From: an uncultured Deinococcales bacterium
Lineage (GTDB): Bacteria > Deinococcota > Deinococci > Deinococcales > JAAFIG01
NCBI GenBank assembly: GCA_964244895.1
Contig: CAXTKV010000056.1
Span: forward strand, 1-25,067
Direction of reading: 5' to 3'
Length of the DNA: 25,067 nucleotides
Positions 17,926-25,067 of the stretch are shown here, piece after piece. The notes under the pieces were generated by a model. That model had not been told where the DNA came from. It did not search any database and was given only the letters and a program-made list of their open reading frames with translations. Positions within the stretch are counted from its first letter, which is position 1; each line of letters opens with the position of its first letter. The translations under genes were made by a program, and so were the position numbers.

Positions 17926-18122
17926 GTGACCTCCTGGCGTCCGTTGAAGACGCCGCTTTCGTGCGCTCGAGAACGATTTGATTGCTTGCGCACACGGGAA
18001 AGGTATTCGCGCACCCTGAGCTAAGCCTTTGACCGGGCTGAGCTGTGACTGAATTCGCGTTATTGCCGAGGAGTCAGCCCGAGGAGGTGCTTCGAGCGGG
18101 TCAACCCTGTGATACAACGCCA

Positions 18123-18170
18123 GAACACCGTCCAGCACGCGTTTCCTGATGTGCGTGCTGGACGGTGTTC
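18123..18170. repeat. Intergenic palindromic repeat family, copy C (perfect)
   Basis: GAACACCGTCCAGCACGC - 12-nt loop - GCGTGCTGGACGGTGTTC, a perfect 18-bp inverted repeat. Confidence 0.92.
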
Positions 18171-18234
18171 CGGTGGCTCGAGTCATCTCAAATTCGACTA
18201 AAATGATTGTGAAGTCGCAGGCAACATGCACAAA

Positions 18235-18252
18235 TGCGTATACTCATGCAGA
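18235..18252 (+). promoter_or_regulatory. Putative ArgR box overlapping a TATACT -10 element upstream of argF
   Basis: Core CGTAT-ACTC-ATGCA resembles the ARG box TGxAT-N4-ATxCA. A second ATGCA half-site lies 20 bp upstream (18226). TATACT is at 18239-18244. Confidence 0.45.
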
Positions 18253-18288
18253 GCGACGCCCAGATCTCAGATGCAAATGGAGAAAACC

Positions 18289-19236
18289 ATGCCCCAAGCC
18301 CAGATGCTCCGAAACAGACCCAGTTTGTCGGGACGGGATTTCCTTTCCAATCTCGACCTCTCGCACGACGAGTACCACGCGGTGCTGGACACCGCGCACG
18401 GCATGAAAAAAGGCGCGTTCAAGGGCCTGCGGCCCTTGGAAGGGAAAACGCTCGCAATGATCTTCGAGAAGCCGTCCTTGCGCACGCGCACGACCTTCGA
18501 CGTGGCGATGTTCCAGTTGGGCGGGCATTCAGTCAACCTTTCCAACGCCGAGATCGGTCTGGGTACGCGCGAACCCGTGCGCGATATCGCCATGAATCTG
18601 GAGCGTTGGGTGGACGGCATCATGGCCCGCGTGTACCTGCATTCGACCGTGGACGAACTGGCGCACTATTCCAGCAAACCCGTGATCAACGGCCTGTCGG
18701 ACTTTTTGCATCCCGTGCAGTTGCTGGCGGATTATCAGACCATCGAGGAGACTTTCGGGGACACGCAGGACTTGCGCGTGACGTACCTGGGTGACGGCAA
18801 CAACATGGCCAACAGCCACATCGAGATGGCGGTGCTTTCCGGCGCGAAGCTGACCTTGGCCACGCCCAAAGGCTACGAACCCAACGCCGCCGTGGTCTTG
18901 GAGGCCATGAGGCGCGGCGCGAGCATCAGCATCACCAACGACGCCGCCGGTGCCCTCGAGGGCGCGCAGGTCTTGTACACGGACACCTGGGTCAGTATGG
19001 GCCAGGAAGCCGATGCCGCTGCGAACCGCAAAGTGCGCGACTTCAAGGGGTTTCAGGTCACGGCCCAAACCCTGGAAACGATCGACCCGAAAGGTATTTT
19101 CTTGCATTGCCTGCCCGCCCATTACGGCGAGGAAGTGCTCGAAGAGGCCACCCTGCACGCGAAGTCTCGGGTTTTCGATCAGGCGGAAAATCGCTTGCAC
19201 GCTCAAAAAGCGCTGCTCTATCACTTGATGGCTTGA
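18289..19236 (+). CDS. argF: Ornithine carbamoyltransferase
   Basis: FEKPSLRTRTTF, HPVQLLAD, GDGNNMANS, YTDTWVSMG, FLHCLPAH, DQAENRLHAQKA. Start ATG 18289 (GGAG RBS). Confidence 0.97.
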   Translation: MPQAQMLRNRPSLSGRDFLSNLDLSHDEYHAVLDTAHGMKKGAFKGLRPLEGKTLAMIFEKPSLRTRTTFDVAMFQLGGHSVNLSNAEIGLGTREPVRDIAMNLERWVDGIMARVYLHSTVDELAHYSSKPVINGLSDFLHPVQLLADYQTIEETFGDTQDLRVTYLGDGNNMANSHIEMAVLSGAKLTLATPKGYEPNAAVVLEAMRRGASISITNDAAGALEGAQVLYTDTWVSMGQEADAAANRKVRDFKGFQVTAQTLETIDPKGIFLHCLPAHYGEEVLEEATLHAKSRVFDQAENRLHAQKALLYHLMA

Positions 19237-19243
19237 TCCAGAA

Positions 19244-19298
19244 GAATACCGTCTGGGACGCAATTCTTTGATTGGCGCGGCTTGGTGTCCTGGACGGT
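19244..19298. repeat. Intergenic palindromic repeat family, copy D
   Basis: GAATACCGTCTGGGACGC-AATTCTTTGATT...GTGTCCTGGACGGT. The 14-bp stem is kept by one compensatory change and three G-T pairs. It starts 8 nt after the argF stop. Confidence 0.8.
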
Positions 19299-19457
19299 CT
19301 GCCGTGGTTGTTCGAGCGCTGCGACTCGAGGCCCGCGATCGGGATGCAGCCGTTCGAGAATCGGTGGCCCGTGCTGTAAAATGCCCGGTACAGACAACGC
19401 AATGGCTCGGACACCCTTTCCAGACTGGACAATCCGATCGCGGCACGAAAGGAGCAC

Positions 19458-21017
19458 GTGAACCGCGAACTGCTGCTCGGGATCGACCTGGGAACGACCC
19501 TGATCAAGGTCGGCGTGTTTACCACCACCGGCGGCGTGATCCAGTTGCGCAGTGCGCCGACGCCCATCACCTGGGATGGCCCCCAAGAAGCGCACCACGA
19601 TCCCGACGCTCTCTGGGCGGTGGTTGCGGATTTGATCCAGGAGGCCGCGCTCGAGATCGCTCCGACAGACCTGGCCTGCCTCGGGATCAGCAGCTTCGGC
19701 GAGGCAGGCGTGTTGCTGGACGACGACGGCCAACCCAGGAGCAGCATTCTGGCCTGGTTCGATACCCGCGCGAAGCCTGACAGCGACGAACTCTTCGCGC
19801 ACTTCGACGTGCGGGCGTTGCGCGAGCGAACTGGCCTGATGGCGGATCACACCTACAGCCTCTCGAAGTTGCTGTGGCTCAAGAACCAACGTCCGCTCGA
19901 GGGGCTGCGTTGGGTTTCGACCGCCGATTGGATCGCCTTCAAGCTGACTGGACGCGTCCAGATGGGCCTGACGCAAGCCTCGAGAACGCTGCTGTTCGAT
20001 CTCGAGAAACGAACCTGGATGGACGACGTTCTGCGAGACCTGGGGCTCCCGTCGGATCTTCTCGCGCCGTTGCGCCCGCCCGGAGAAGCCATTGGGCAGG
20101 TCACGAGCGAAGCTGCCGCCCGGACGGGGTTGCCGTGCGGACTTCCCGTGATGGAATCCGCCCACGATCAACCCTGCGCGGCGGCGGGTGCGGGTGCGAC
20201 CGAGCCGGGCGTGCTGCTGAACGCTTGCGGTACGGCGGAAATCATGTTCGCGACCCTCGAAGCTCGACAGCTTCAGGCGGCCATCCGGGCGCAATCCGTG
20301 GCCGTCGGGCATCACGCGCTGCCGGGGCGCTATTGGGTCATGGCCAGCATGCGGGCTTCGGGGTCGGTCTTCGACTGGTTCGTGCGGATGTTCAATGACC
20401 CGAGTTTGGATGCACCCGAGTTCGGCAAGCGCTCGGTTGAAGCGTACCAGCGCGTAACGAAGGCGGCTGCCCGCGCGCCGGTCGGTGCGGACGGCGTCTG
20501 TTTCGTTCCGCACTTGCGCCAACTCTCCGACGATCCGCGCGAACCTTCACTGGACGGCGGCGTCTTTACCGGGTTGCGCGAGGCGCACGGCCTCGGACAT
20601 CTCGCGCGCGCGGTGCTCGAGGGATTGTCGTTCGAGAGCGCGCACCTGCTCGAGCGCATTCGTGACGCCATCGGGCGCCCTCAGCCCGGAACCTCGATCC
20701 GCGCGGTCGGAGGTCCGACCCAGAACGCGCTCTGGATGCAGATCAAGGCCGACCTGTACGGCACTCCGATTCAGGTCTACTCCGCGCCGAACGCGACCGT
20801 CTGGGGCGCAGCCTGGCTGGGTTGGTATCACCTCAACGCCAGCCAGGGCGCGCCGATCACCACCAGCGCCGCGATGCCCGCGCTGAGGGTGTACCAGCCG
20901 AATCTGGAGGCCGAACGCGCCGGGGAACTGAGGGCGCGCTACCGCGCGCGGGTTCAACAACTGATGCGCGCGAAAGAGGAAACGCCTCCGTCGGCATCGT
21001 CGGGCTCGCTCGATTGA
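19458..21017 (+). CDS. FGGY-family carbohydrate kinase (xylulokinase/fuculokinase-like)
   Basis: LGIDLGTT, ISSFGE, AWFDTRA, SKLLWLK, ADWIAFKLTG, ASRTLLFD, HDQ, CGTAE, RAVLEG, VGGPTQN..W.QIKAD. RBS AAAGGAG, GTG start. Confidence 0.93.
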   Translation: MNRELLLGIDLGTTLIKVGVFTTTGGVIQLRSAPTPITWDGPQEAHHDPDALWAVVADLIQEAALEIAPTDLACLGISSFGEAGVLLDDDGQPRSSILAWFDTRAKPDSDELFAHFDVRALRERTGLMADHTYSLSKLLWLKNQRPLEGLRWVSTADWIAFKLTGRVQMGLTQASRTLLFDLEKRTWMDDVLRDLGLPSDLLAPLRPPGEAIGQVTSEAAARTGLPCGLPVMESAHDQPCAAAGAGATEPGVLLNACGTAEIMFATLEARQLQAAIRAQSVAVGHHALPGRYWVMASMRASGSVFDWFVRMFNDPSLDAPEFGKRSVEAYQRVTKAAARAPVGADGVCFVPHLRQLSDDPREPSLDGGVFTGLREAHGLGHLARAVLEGLSFESAHLLERIRDAIGRPQPGTSIRAVGGPTQNALWMQIKADLYGTPIQVYSAPNATVWGAAWLGWYHLNASQGAPITTSAAMPALRVYQPNLEAERAGELRARYRARVQQLMRAKEETPPSASSGSLD

Positions 21018-21108
21018 TCTGCCGCTCCACGCGTCGCGCCCTCGAGATGGATCGGTTCCAGATGCAAACCGCACGTGCACCTCGAGCGGCACAGCCGCGA
21101 ACTTCACC

Positions 21109-22566
21109 TCACGAATCGAGCCTCACGATTCGACCGAGTGCATCTCGGGCTTCCGCCGTCTCGTCCCAAAAGACTGCGTCCGCACCGCGCTCCATGCTGC
21201 GTTCGTGACCCTTGCCCGCGAGCAGCACGGTGTCGCCCGCGCGCGCGTTTTGCACCGCCCAGCGGATCGCCTCGCGCCGGTCCGGCTCGAGGTGATACGA
21301 CTCGCCGCCGGATTCGAGGAACGCGGTTCGCATCGTCTCGAGGATGGCCTCGAGCGATTCCGTGCGGTGATCCTCTTCGGTCAAGACCGTCAGGTCCGCG
21401 CCGTGCGCGGCGGCTCGGGCGATTCCAGTACGGCGCTCCGTGCCGCGCTCACCGGCTGCGCCGACCACCAGGATGATCCTGCCCGGCGTCGTTTCCCGAA
21501 GCGTCTGGAGGGCTGCACGGATGGAGTTTTCCGTATGCGCGAAATCGTTGATCACCCGGAACGGTTCGGACTGCACGATCTGCATCCGCCCTGGGACACC
21601 GGGGAAACTCGAGAGGCCATCCCGAATCTGTTCGATGCTCAACCCGAGTCTGGCCGCCGTCGCCATCGCGGCGAGTGCGTTCTGGGCGTTGAATCCGCCG
21701 ATCATCGGGACGCTCGACTCGAAATCACCGATGGGCGAGAGAACGCGAAACTCCAGTCCACGGATCGTCTCGCGCGCGGTTTCCGTGCGCCAATCGCCTC
21801 CCGTTCCGTACGACCAGTGCGGCATCTCGAGCTGCGGGAAGCGCGCGTCCTCGCGGTTGAGCACGCCGAAGGTTGAGCGCTCCAGGAGCTTGCGTTTTTC
21901 CGCAAAGTACGCATCGATCGTGCCGTGAAAATCCAGGTGTTCGGCTTCCAGGTTCGTCCAGACGCCCACGTCGTACCGGATGCCGCGCACGCGTTCGAGC
22001 GCCAGGGCGTGCGAACTGACTTCCAGAACCGCGTGCGTGCAACCTGCGGCTACAAATCGTGCCAGCAATTCCTGAACCTGCGGCGCCTCCGGCGTGGTGA
22101 AGTGACCGGGCAGCAGCTCGTCTATACCGGCGTATCGCACGCCGACGGTGCTGATGCGGGCCGCGCGCACGCCCGCGTTCTCGAGCAGGTGATGAATCAA
22201 CGCCGTGGTGGTGCTCTTGCCCTTCGATCCGGTCACGCCGACGACCTTCATGGCTTTCGCTGGAAAACCCCAGAAGGCGCTCGAGAGATCGCCCAGCGCC
22301 TGACGGTCGTTTGAAACACGGATGTACGGCACGCGTAATTCGAGCCTCTTCGTGCCGACGACCGCCGAAGCGCCGTTCTCGAGCGCTTTCTCGATGAAAT
22401 CGTGCCCATCCAGCGGCGGACGCGTCGGTAACGGCACGCCCGTTATGGCGACGAAAACGAATCCGGGTCTGACGAGCCTCGAGTCGTGCGTTACGCCCGC
22501 AATTTCTGGGTCGCTCGAGGCATTCGGCTCGAGCCCCGCGAGCCGCGAGAGTTCGGACAGGTTCAC
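21109..22566 (-). CDS. murE: UDP-MurNAc-L-Ala-D-Glu:diamino acid ligase, probably L-ornithine-adding
   Basis: HDSRLVRPG, VTGSKGKSTT, TTPEA, LEVSSHAL, EHLDFHG, VPGRMQ, DFAHT, LAGKGHE. The specificity loop is EDHR rather than the DAP-type DNPR. Confidence 0.95.
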   Translation of the reverse strand: MNLSELSRLAGLEPNASSDPEIAGVTHDSRLVRPGFVFVAITGVPLPTRPPLDGHDFIEKALENGASAVVGTKRLELRVPYIRVSNDRQALGDLSSAFWGFPAKAMKVVGVTGSKGKSTTTALIHHLLENAGVRAARISTVGVRYAGIDELLPGHFTTPEAPQVQELLARFVAAGCTHAVLEVSSHALALERVRGIRYDVGVWTNLEAEHLDFHGTIDAYFAEKRKLLERSTFGVLNREDARFPQLEMPHWSYGTGGDWRTETARETIRGLEFRVLSPIGDFESSVPMIGGFNAQNALAAMATAARLGLSIEQIRDGLSSFPGVPGRMQIVQSEPFRVINDFAHTENSIRAALQTLRETTPGRIILVVGAAGERGTERRTGIARAAAHGADLTVLTEEDHRTESLEAILETMRTAFLESGGESYHLEPDRREAIRWAVQNARAGDTVLLAGKGHERSMERGADAVFWDETAEARDALGRIVRLDS

Positions 22567-22580
22567 GCGCTGCCCTCGAG

Positions 22581-22627
22581 AACACCGTTCTGGACAGTAT
22601 TCATGATGTGCGTCCCGGACGGTGTCC
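22581..22627. repeat. Intergenic palindromic repeat family, copy E
   Basis: AACACCGTTCTGGACAGTATT-CA-TGATGTGCGTCCCGGACGGTGTCC, filling most of the 63-bp gap between dNK and murE. Confidence 0.85.
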
Positions 22628-22629
22628 CT

Positions 22630-23295
22630 TCACTTCGGACTCCTGAGCTCTGACCCCTGACTGTTAAAAAACGGCGCCTCCAGCCCTCGCGCCTCGAGCT
22701 GGCCGCAGATCCAGCCCAGCGCGTAGCGATCCGCGATGAAATCGAGTTCGTCACCGGGCACCACGATCACCGGGGAACGCGTCCAGGATTCCACGAAATC
22801 CTCGTAGAGGGCGTTCAGGCGTTCCAGATAACTGTCCGGGATGTCTCGTTCGTAATCGCGCCCGCGTTTTTCAATCCTGGCGCGCAGGGTTTTCAGCGAA
22901 CACCGGATGTAGATCATCAGGTTCGGCACGCGCAAGGCCGGGCCGATGCCATCGTAGAGCGCCAGGTAGGTCGCCCAATCGCGCGATTCCATCGCGCCAT
23001 CGTTGGCCAGATTGCGCGCGAAAATCGCGGCGTCCTCGAAGATGGTTCTGTCCTGAATCACGCGCTCGTTCGGGTTGACCTCGCGCAAGTGCTGCTCGAG
23101 GCGCTTGCCCAGGAAAAAGACCTGCGAGTGGAACGCGAACGGATTGGGCCGCGATTCAATCTGCGCGTAGAAATCCTGAAGGTACGGGTTTTCATCGACC
23201 GCCTCGAACACGGGCGTCAGCGCGTACCGCTCGGAGAGCGTCTGCGTCAGGCTGGATTTGCCCGAACCGATGTTTCCGGCGATGGCGACGTACAT
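22630..23295 (-). CDS. Deoxynucleoside kinase (dAK/dCK/dGK family)
   Basis: MYVAIAGNIGSGKSS, ENPYLQDFY, QVFFL..R, QDRTIFEDAAIF, RIEKRGRDYE, YLERLNALY. RBS GGAGG, start 23295. Confidence 0.95.
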   Translation of the reverse strand: MYVAIAGNIGSGKSSLTQTLSERYALTPVFEAVDENPYLQDFYAQIESRPNPFAFHSQVFFLGKRLEQHLREVNPNERVIQDRTIFEDAAIFARNLANDGAMESRDWATYLALYDGIGPALRVPNLMIYIRCSLKTLRARIEKRGRDYERDIPDSYLERLNALYEDFVESWTRSPVIVVPGDELDFIADRYALGWICGQLEARGLEAPFFNSQGSELRSPK

Positions 23296-23335
23296 CAGTG
23301 CCTCCAATCCGCGCGCGGTGCGGTTCCCGAGTCGC

Positions 23336-23968
23336 TCACGAAACCCGAGCCGTTCCCAGCGCGCGCAGCACCGGGCTGGTCTGGGCTCTCTCGAGCACCA
23401 GTTCGACCACGCGGGCGCGGTCGCGCTCGTCGGTGACGTAATCGAATTCTGAACCCTCGAGCACCATCAACGGGTGCGGGAATTGCAAGAAATACTCGTC
23501 GTAGTGCGCGTTGAGCCTTTTGAGGTAGTCGGGCTCGATGCTGCGCTCGAAGCTCCGCCCGCGCTTCGCGATCCGACCGAGCAGCAAGTCGGTGTCGGCG
23601 CGCAGGTAGACGGTCAGGTCCGGCGTGCGCAATCGCGGTTTGAGTTGCGCGTACAGGTCGCGGTACAGGTCGAACTCGGCATCGCGCAGGTTCATGCTCG
23701 CGAAAATGAAATCCTTATCGAACAAGTAATCGCTGATCACGCTCCGGAACAGGTTTTCCTGCACCAGGGCCTGCAACTGCTTGAAGCGCGAGAGCAGGAA
23801 AAACACCTGCACGTTGAAGCCGAAGCGTTCCGGGTCGCCGTAGAACGATGCCAGGAATGGATTCTCCTCGACCACCTCGAGGTTCAGGCTCGCGCCCAGC
23901 TCGCTCGCCAGAATCCGGCTGAGCGAGGTTTTGCCCACGCCGATGGGGCCTTCGACGACGATGTACAA
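23336..23968 (-). CDS. Deoxynucleoside kinase (second paralogue)
   Basis: TTG start 23968 with GGAGG 7 nt upstream. YIVVEGPIGVGKTS, ENPFLASFY, QVFFLLSR, SDYLFDKDFIFA, RIAKRGRSFE. Confidence 0.95.
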   Translation of the reverse strand: MYIVVEGPIGVGKTSLSRILASELGASLNLEVVEENPFLASFYGDPERFGFNVQVFFLLSRFKQLQALVQENLFRSVISDYLFDKDFIFASMNLRDAEFDLYRDLYAQLKPRLRTPDLTVYLRADTDLLLGRIAKRGRSFERSIEPDYLKRLNAHYDEYFLQFPHPLMVLEGSEFDYVTDERDRARVVELVLERAQTSPVLRALGTARVS

Positions 23969-24083
23969 CGCGGAACCTCCAGGTCGTGCCGATGCGCCCC
24001 AGCGTGCAAGGCCGGATACCGCCTCGGGACATCCGACTTTACCGCGTTCCGACGCGTTCCGCTCGAGCGCCAGCGAAAACGCT

Positions 24084-24138
24084 ACCGTTCTCGAGAACAC
24101 CGTCCAGCACGACATTCTTTAATTACGTCACCGACGGT
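24084..24138. repeat. Intergenic palindromic repeat family, copy F
   Basis: ACCGTTCTCGA-GAACACCGTCCAGCACG (17 nt identical to the copy C arm)-ACATTCTTTAATT-ACGTCACCGACGGT (degenerate right arm). Confidence 0.85.
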
Positions 24139-24156
24139 CATTCCTGATTCGGACGC

Positions 24157-24186
24157 AAAAGAACGCCCAGGTATGTGCCTGGGCGT
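24157..24186 (-). terminator. Rho-independent terminator of the GH114-like gene
   Basis: 9-bp stem ACGCCCAGG/CCTGGGCGT followed on the minus strand by TCTTTT, about 17 nt after the stop at 24204. Confidence 0.7.
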
Positions 24187-24203
24187 CCCGGTTGGCCGAT
24201 GCT

Positions 24204-25067
24204 TCAGAAGCTTTTCGGTGTGGTGCTGATGCTGCCGTCCGTGACGGTCGGGATGAATCCCTTCGACCTCGAGGTGCCGATGACCGTGTTGATCTCCGAG
24301 GAGTTGTTGGTGTAATCGAAGGTGAAGACCTTCTTGCCCGCCGCGACGAGTCTTTGAAGCACTGGAACCGTCCAGTCCCGGTAGCCCGCAGCGCCGACGA
24401 CACCCGTGCCGTTGTACCACATGTGTTCGCCCGCCGTGGCATCCACGCAGTTCCAGTAGCTCGAGCCGAACAGATCGACCTGATTGCCGCCGCCGTTGAC
24501 GAAAATCTTGAAGCCCGGCTTGACCGATTGCGCGTGGTTGTAAATGTTGCAGACCAGATCGCGGCTGCGCTGCATGTTTTGCGTGCTCGCACCGCCGGGA
24601 AAACCGGGATTCCAGTATGGGTCGGATTGATCCAGGAACGCGCCATCGAAACCGTTCGCGATGATGCGGTCGATCACGCTGAAGACCTTGCTCTGCCAGT
24701 CCGCATCCCAGTAGGCGACCTCGTAAGTTCCACCGTAGGTCGGAGAGGCAGACAGCAGCCAGCCTGGGTTGCCGACGGTCCACCAGGATTGCCAGTAGGT
24801 TTCGATGTTCTGCGCTTGACCCACCGCCAGGTACGAGAACATCCATTTCTTCTTGGCCAGACGGCTGATGTCCGCGTACTGCCATTCCCTGCCGCTGCCG
24901 TCGAAGCGACCCACGACCGAGACATCGATGTTGACGGCATCGAGGGCGTTGACGCTGCTGGCGTTGAAGCCCTGGTACTGGATGCCCCAGGAGGAGACGT
25001 TGTTCCAGGCGGCTCGAGTGCCGGATGGTGGCGGAGGTGGTGGCGGTGTGGGTGAAGGTGGTGGGGG
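24204..25067 (-). CDS. GH114/GH166-like (endo-alpha-1,4-galactosaminidase / PelA-hydrolase / TM1410-like) protein with Pro-rich linker; 5' end outside the window
   Basis: The frame is open to the window edge: PPPPSPTPPPPPPPSG...VSSWGIQYQ...SYLAVGQAQ...YEVAYWDADWQ...IIANGFDGAFLDQSD...AGEH...GKKVFTFDY...GFIP. Confidence 0.8.
   Translation of the reverse strand, partial: PPPPSPTPPPPPPPSGTRAAWNNVSSWGIQYQGFNASSVNALDAVNIDVSVVGRFDGSGREWQYADISRLAKKKWMFSYLAVGQAQNIETYWQSWWTVGNPGWLLSASPTYGGTYEVAYWDADWQSKVFSVIDRIIANGFDGAFLDQSDPYWNPGFPGGASTQNMQRSRDLVCNIYNHAQSVKPGFKIFVNGGGNQVDLFGSSYWNCVDATAGEHMWYNGTGVVGAAGYRDWTVPVLQRLVAAGKKVFTFDYTNNSSEINTVIGTSRSKGFIPTVTDGSISTTPKSF

Noticed and set aside
18460..18495. SLRT instead of STRT in argF, suggesting an N-acetyl/succinyl-ornithine transcarbamylase
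   Set aside because: The ornithine-binding SMG loop and HCLPA are intact, and SLRT is what I recall for ordinary Deinococcus/Thermus OTCases.
21018..21108. Imperfect pairings (TGCCGCTC/GAGCGGCA) between the convergent FGGY kinase and murE
   Set aside because: The arms are far apart with no U-tract. It is plausible as a 3' structure but too weak to call.
11141..24138. Repeat family as a CRISPR array
   Set aside because: Copies are dispersed kilobases apart, vary in structure, have no regular spacers, and no cas genes are present.

Overview
GC-rich bacterial chromosomal window, most consistent with Deinococcota. The evidence is an argF with FEKPSLRT/HCLPAHYGEE, a murE with the non-DAP EDHR motif, and tandem deoxynucleoside kinases directly upstream of murE. 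Left part (1-10.8 kb, minus strand): an uncharacterised surface-polysaccharide locus with three stand-alone GT2 genes, a GT-C/Wzy-like membrane protein, a membrane-flippase-GT2 fusion, a GH39-like lipoprotein and a beta-helix lipoprotein. Middle: a tightly packed five-gene operon (ABC binding protein, permease, ATPase, COG4280-like ExxE membrane protein, 64-aa membrane protein), then a stand-alone receiver domain, a small basic protein and a lipoprotein. Right part: argF, an FGGY kinase, murE, two dNK genes and a partial GH114/GH166-like hydrolase. The non-coding signals are the most striking. (i) A dispersed intergenic palindromic repeat family (core ACACCGTCCAGCACGC) has 5 copies in about 13 kb, with compensatory and G-T changes. 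(ii) A ~130-bp transposase-less element with IS200/IS605-type twin hairpins abuts one repeat copy. (iii) CTCGAG is strongly enriched, but less so in the glycosyltransferase block. All calls come from manual motif reading; no database searches were run.
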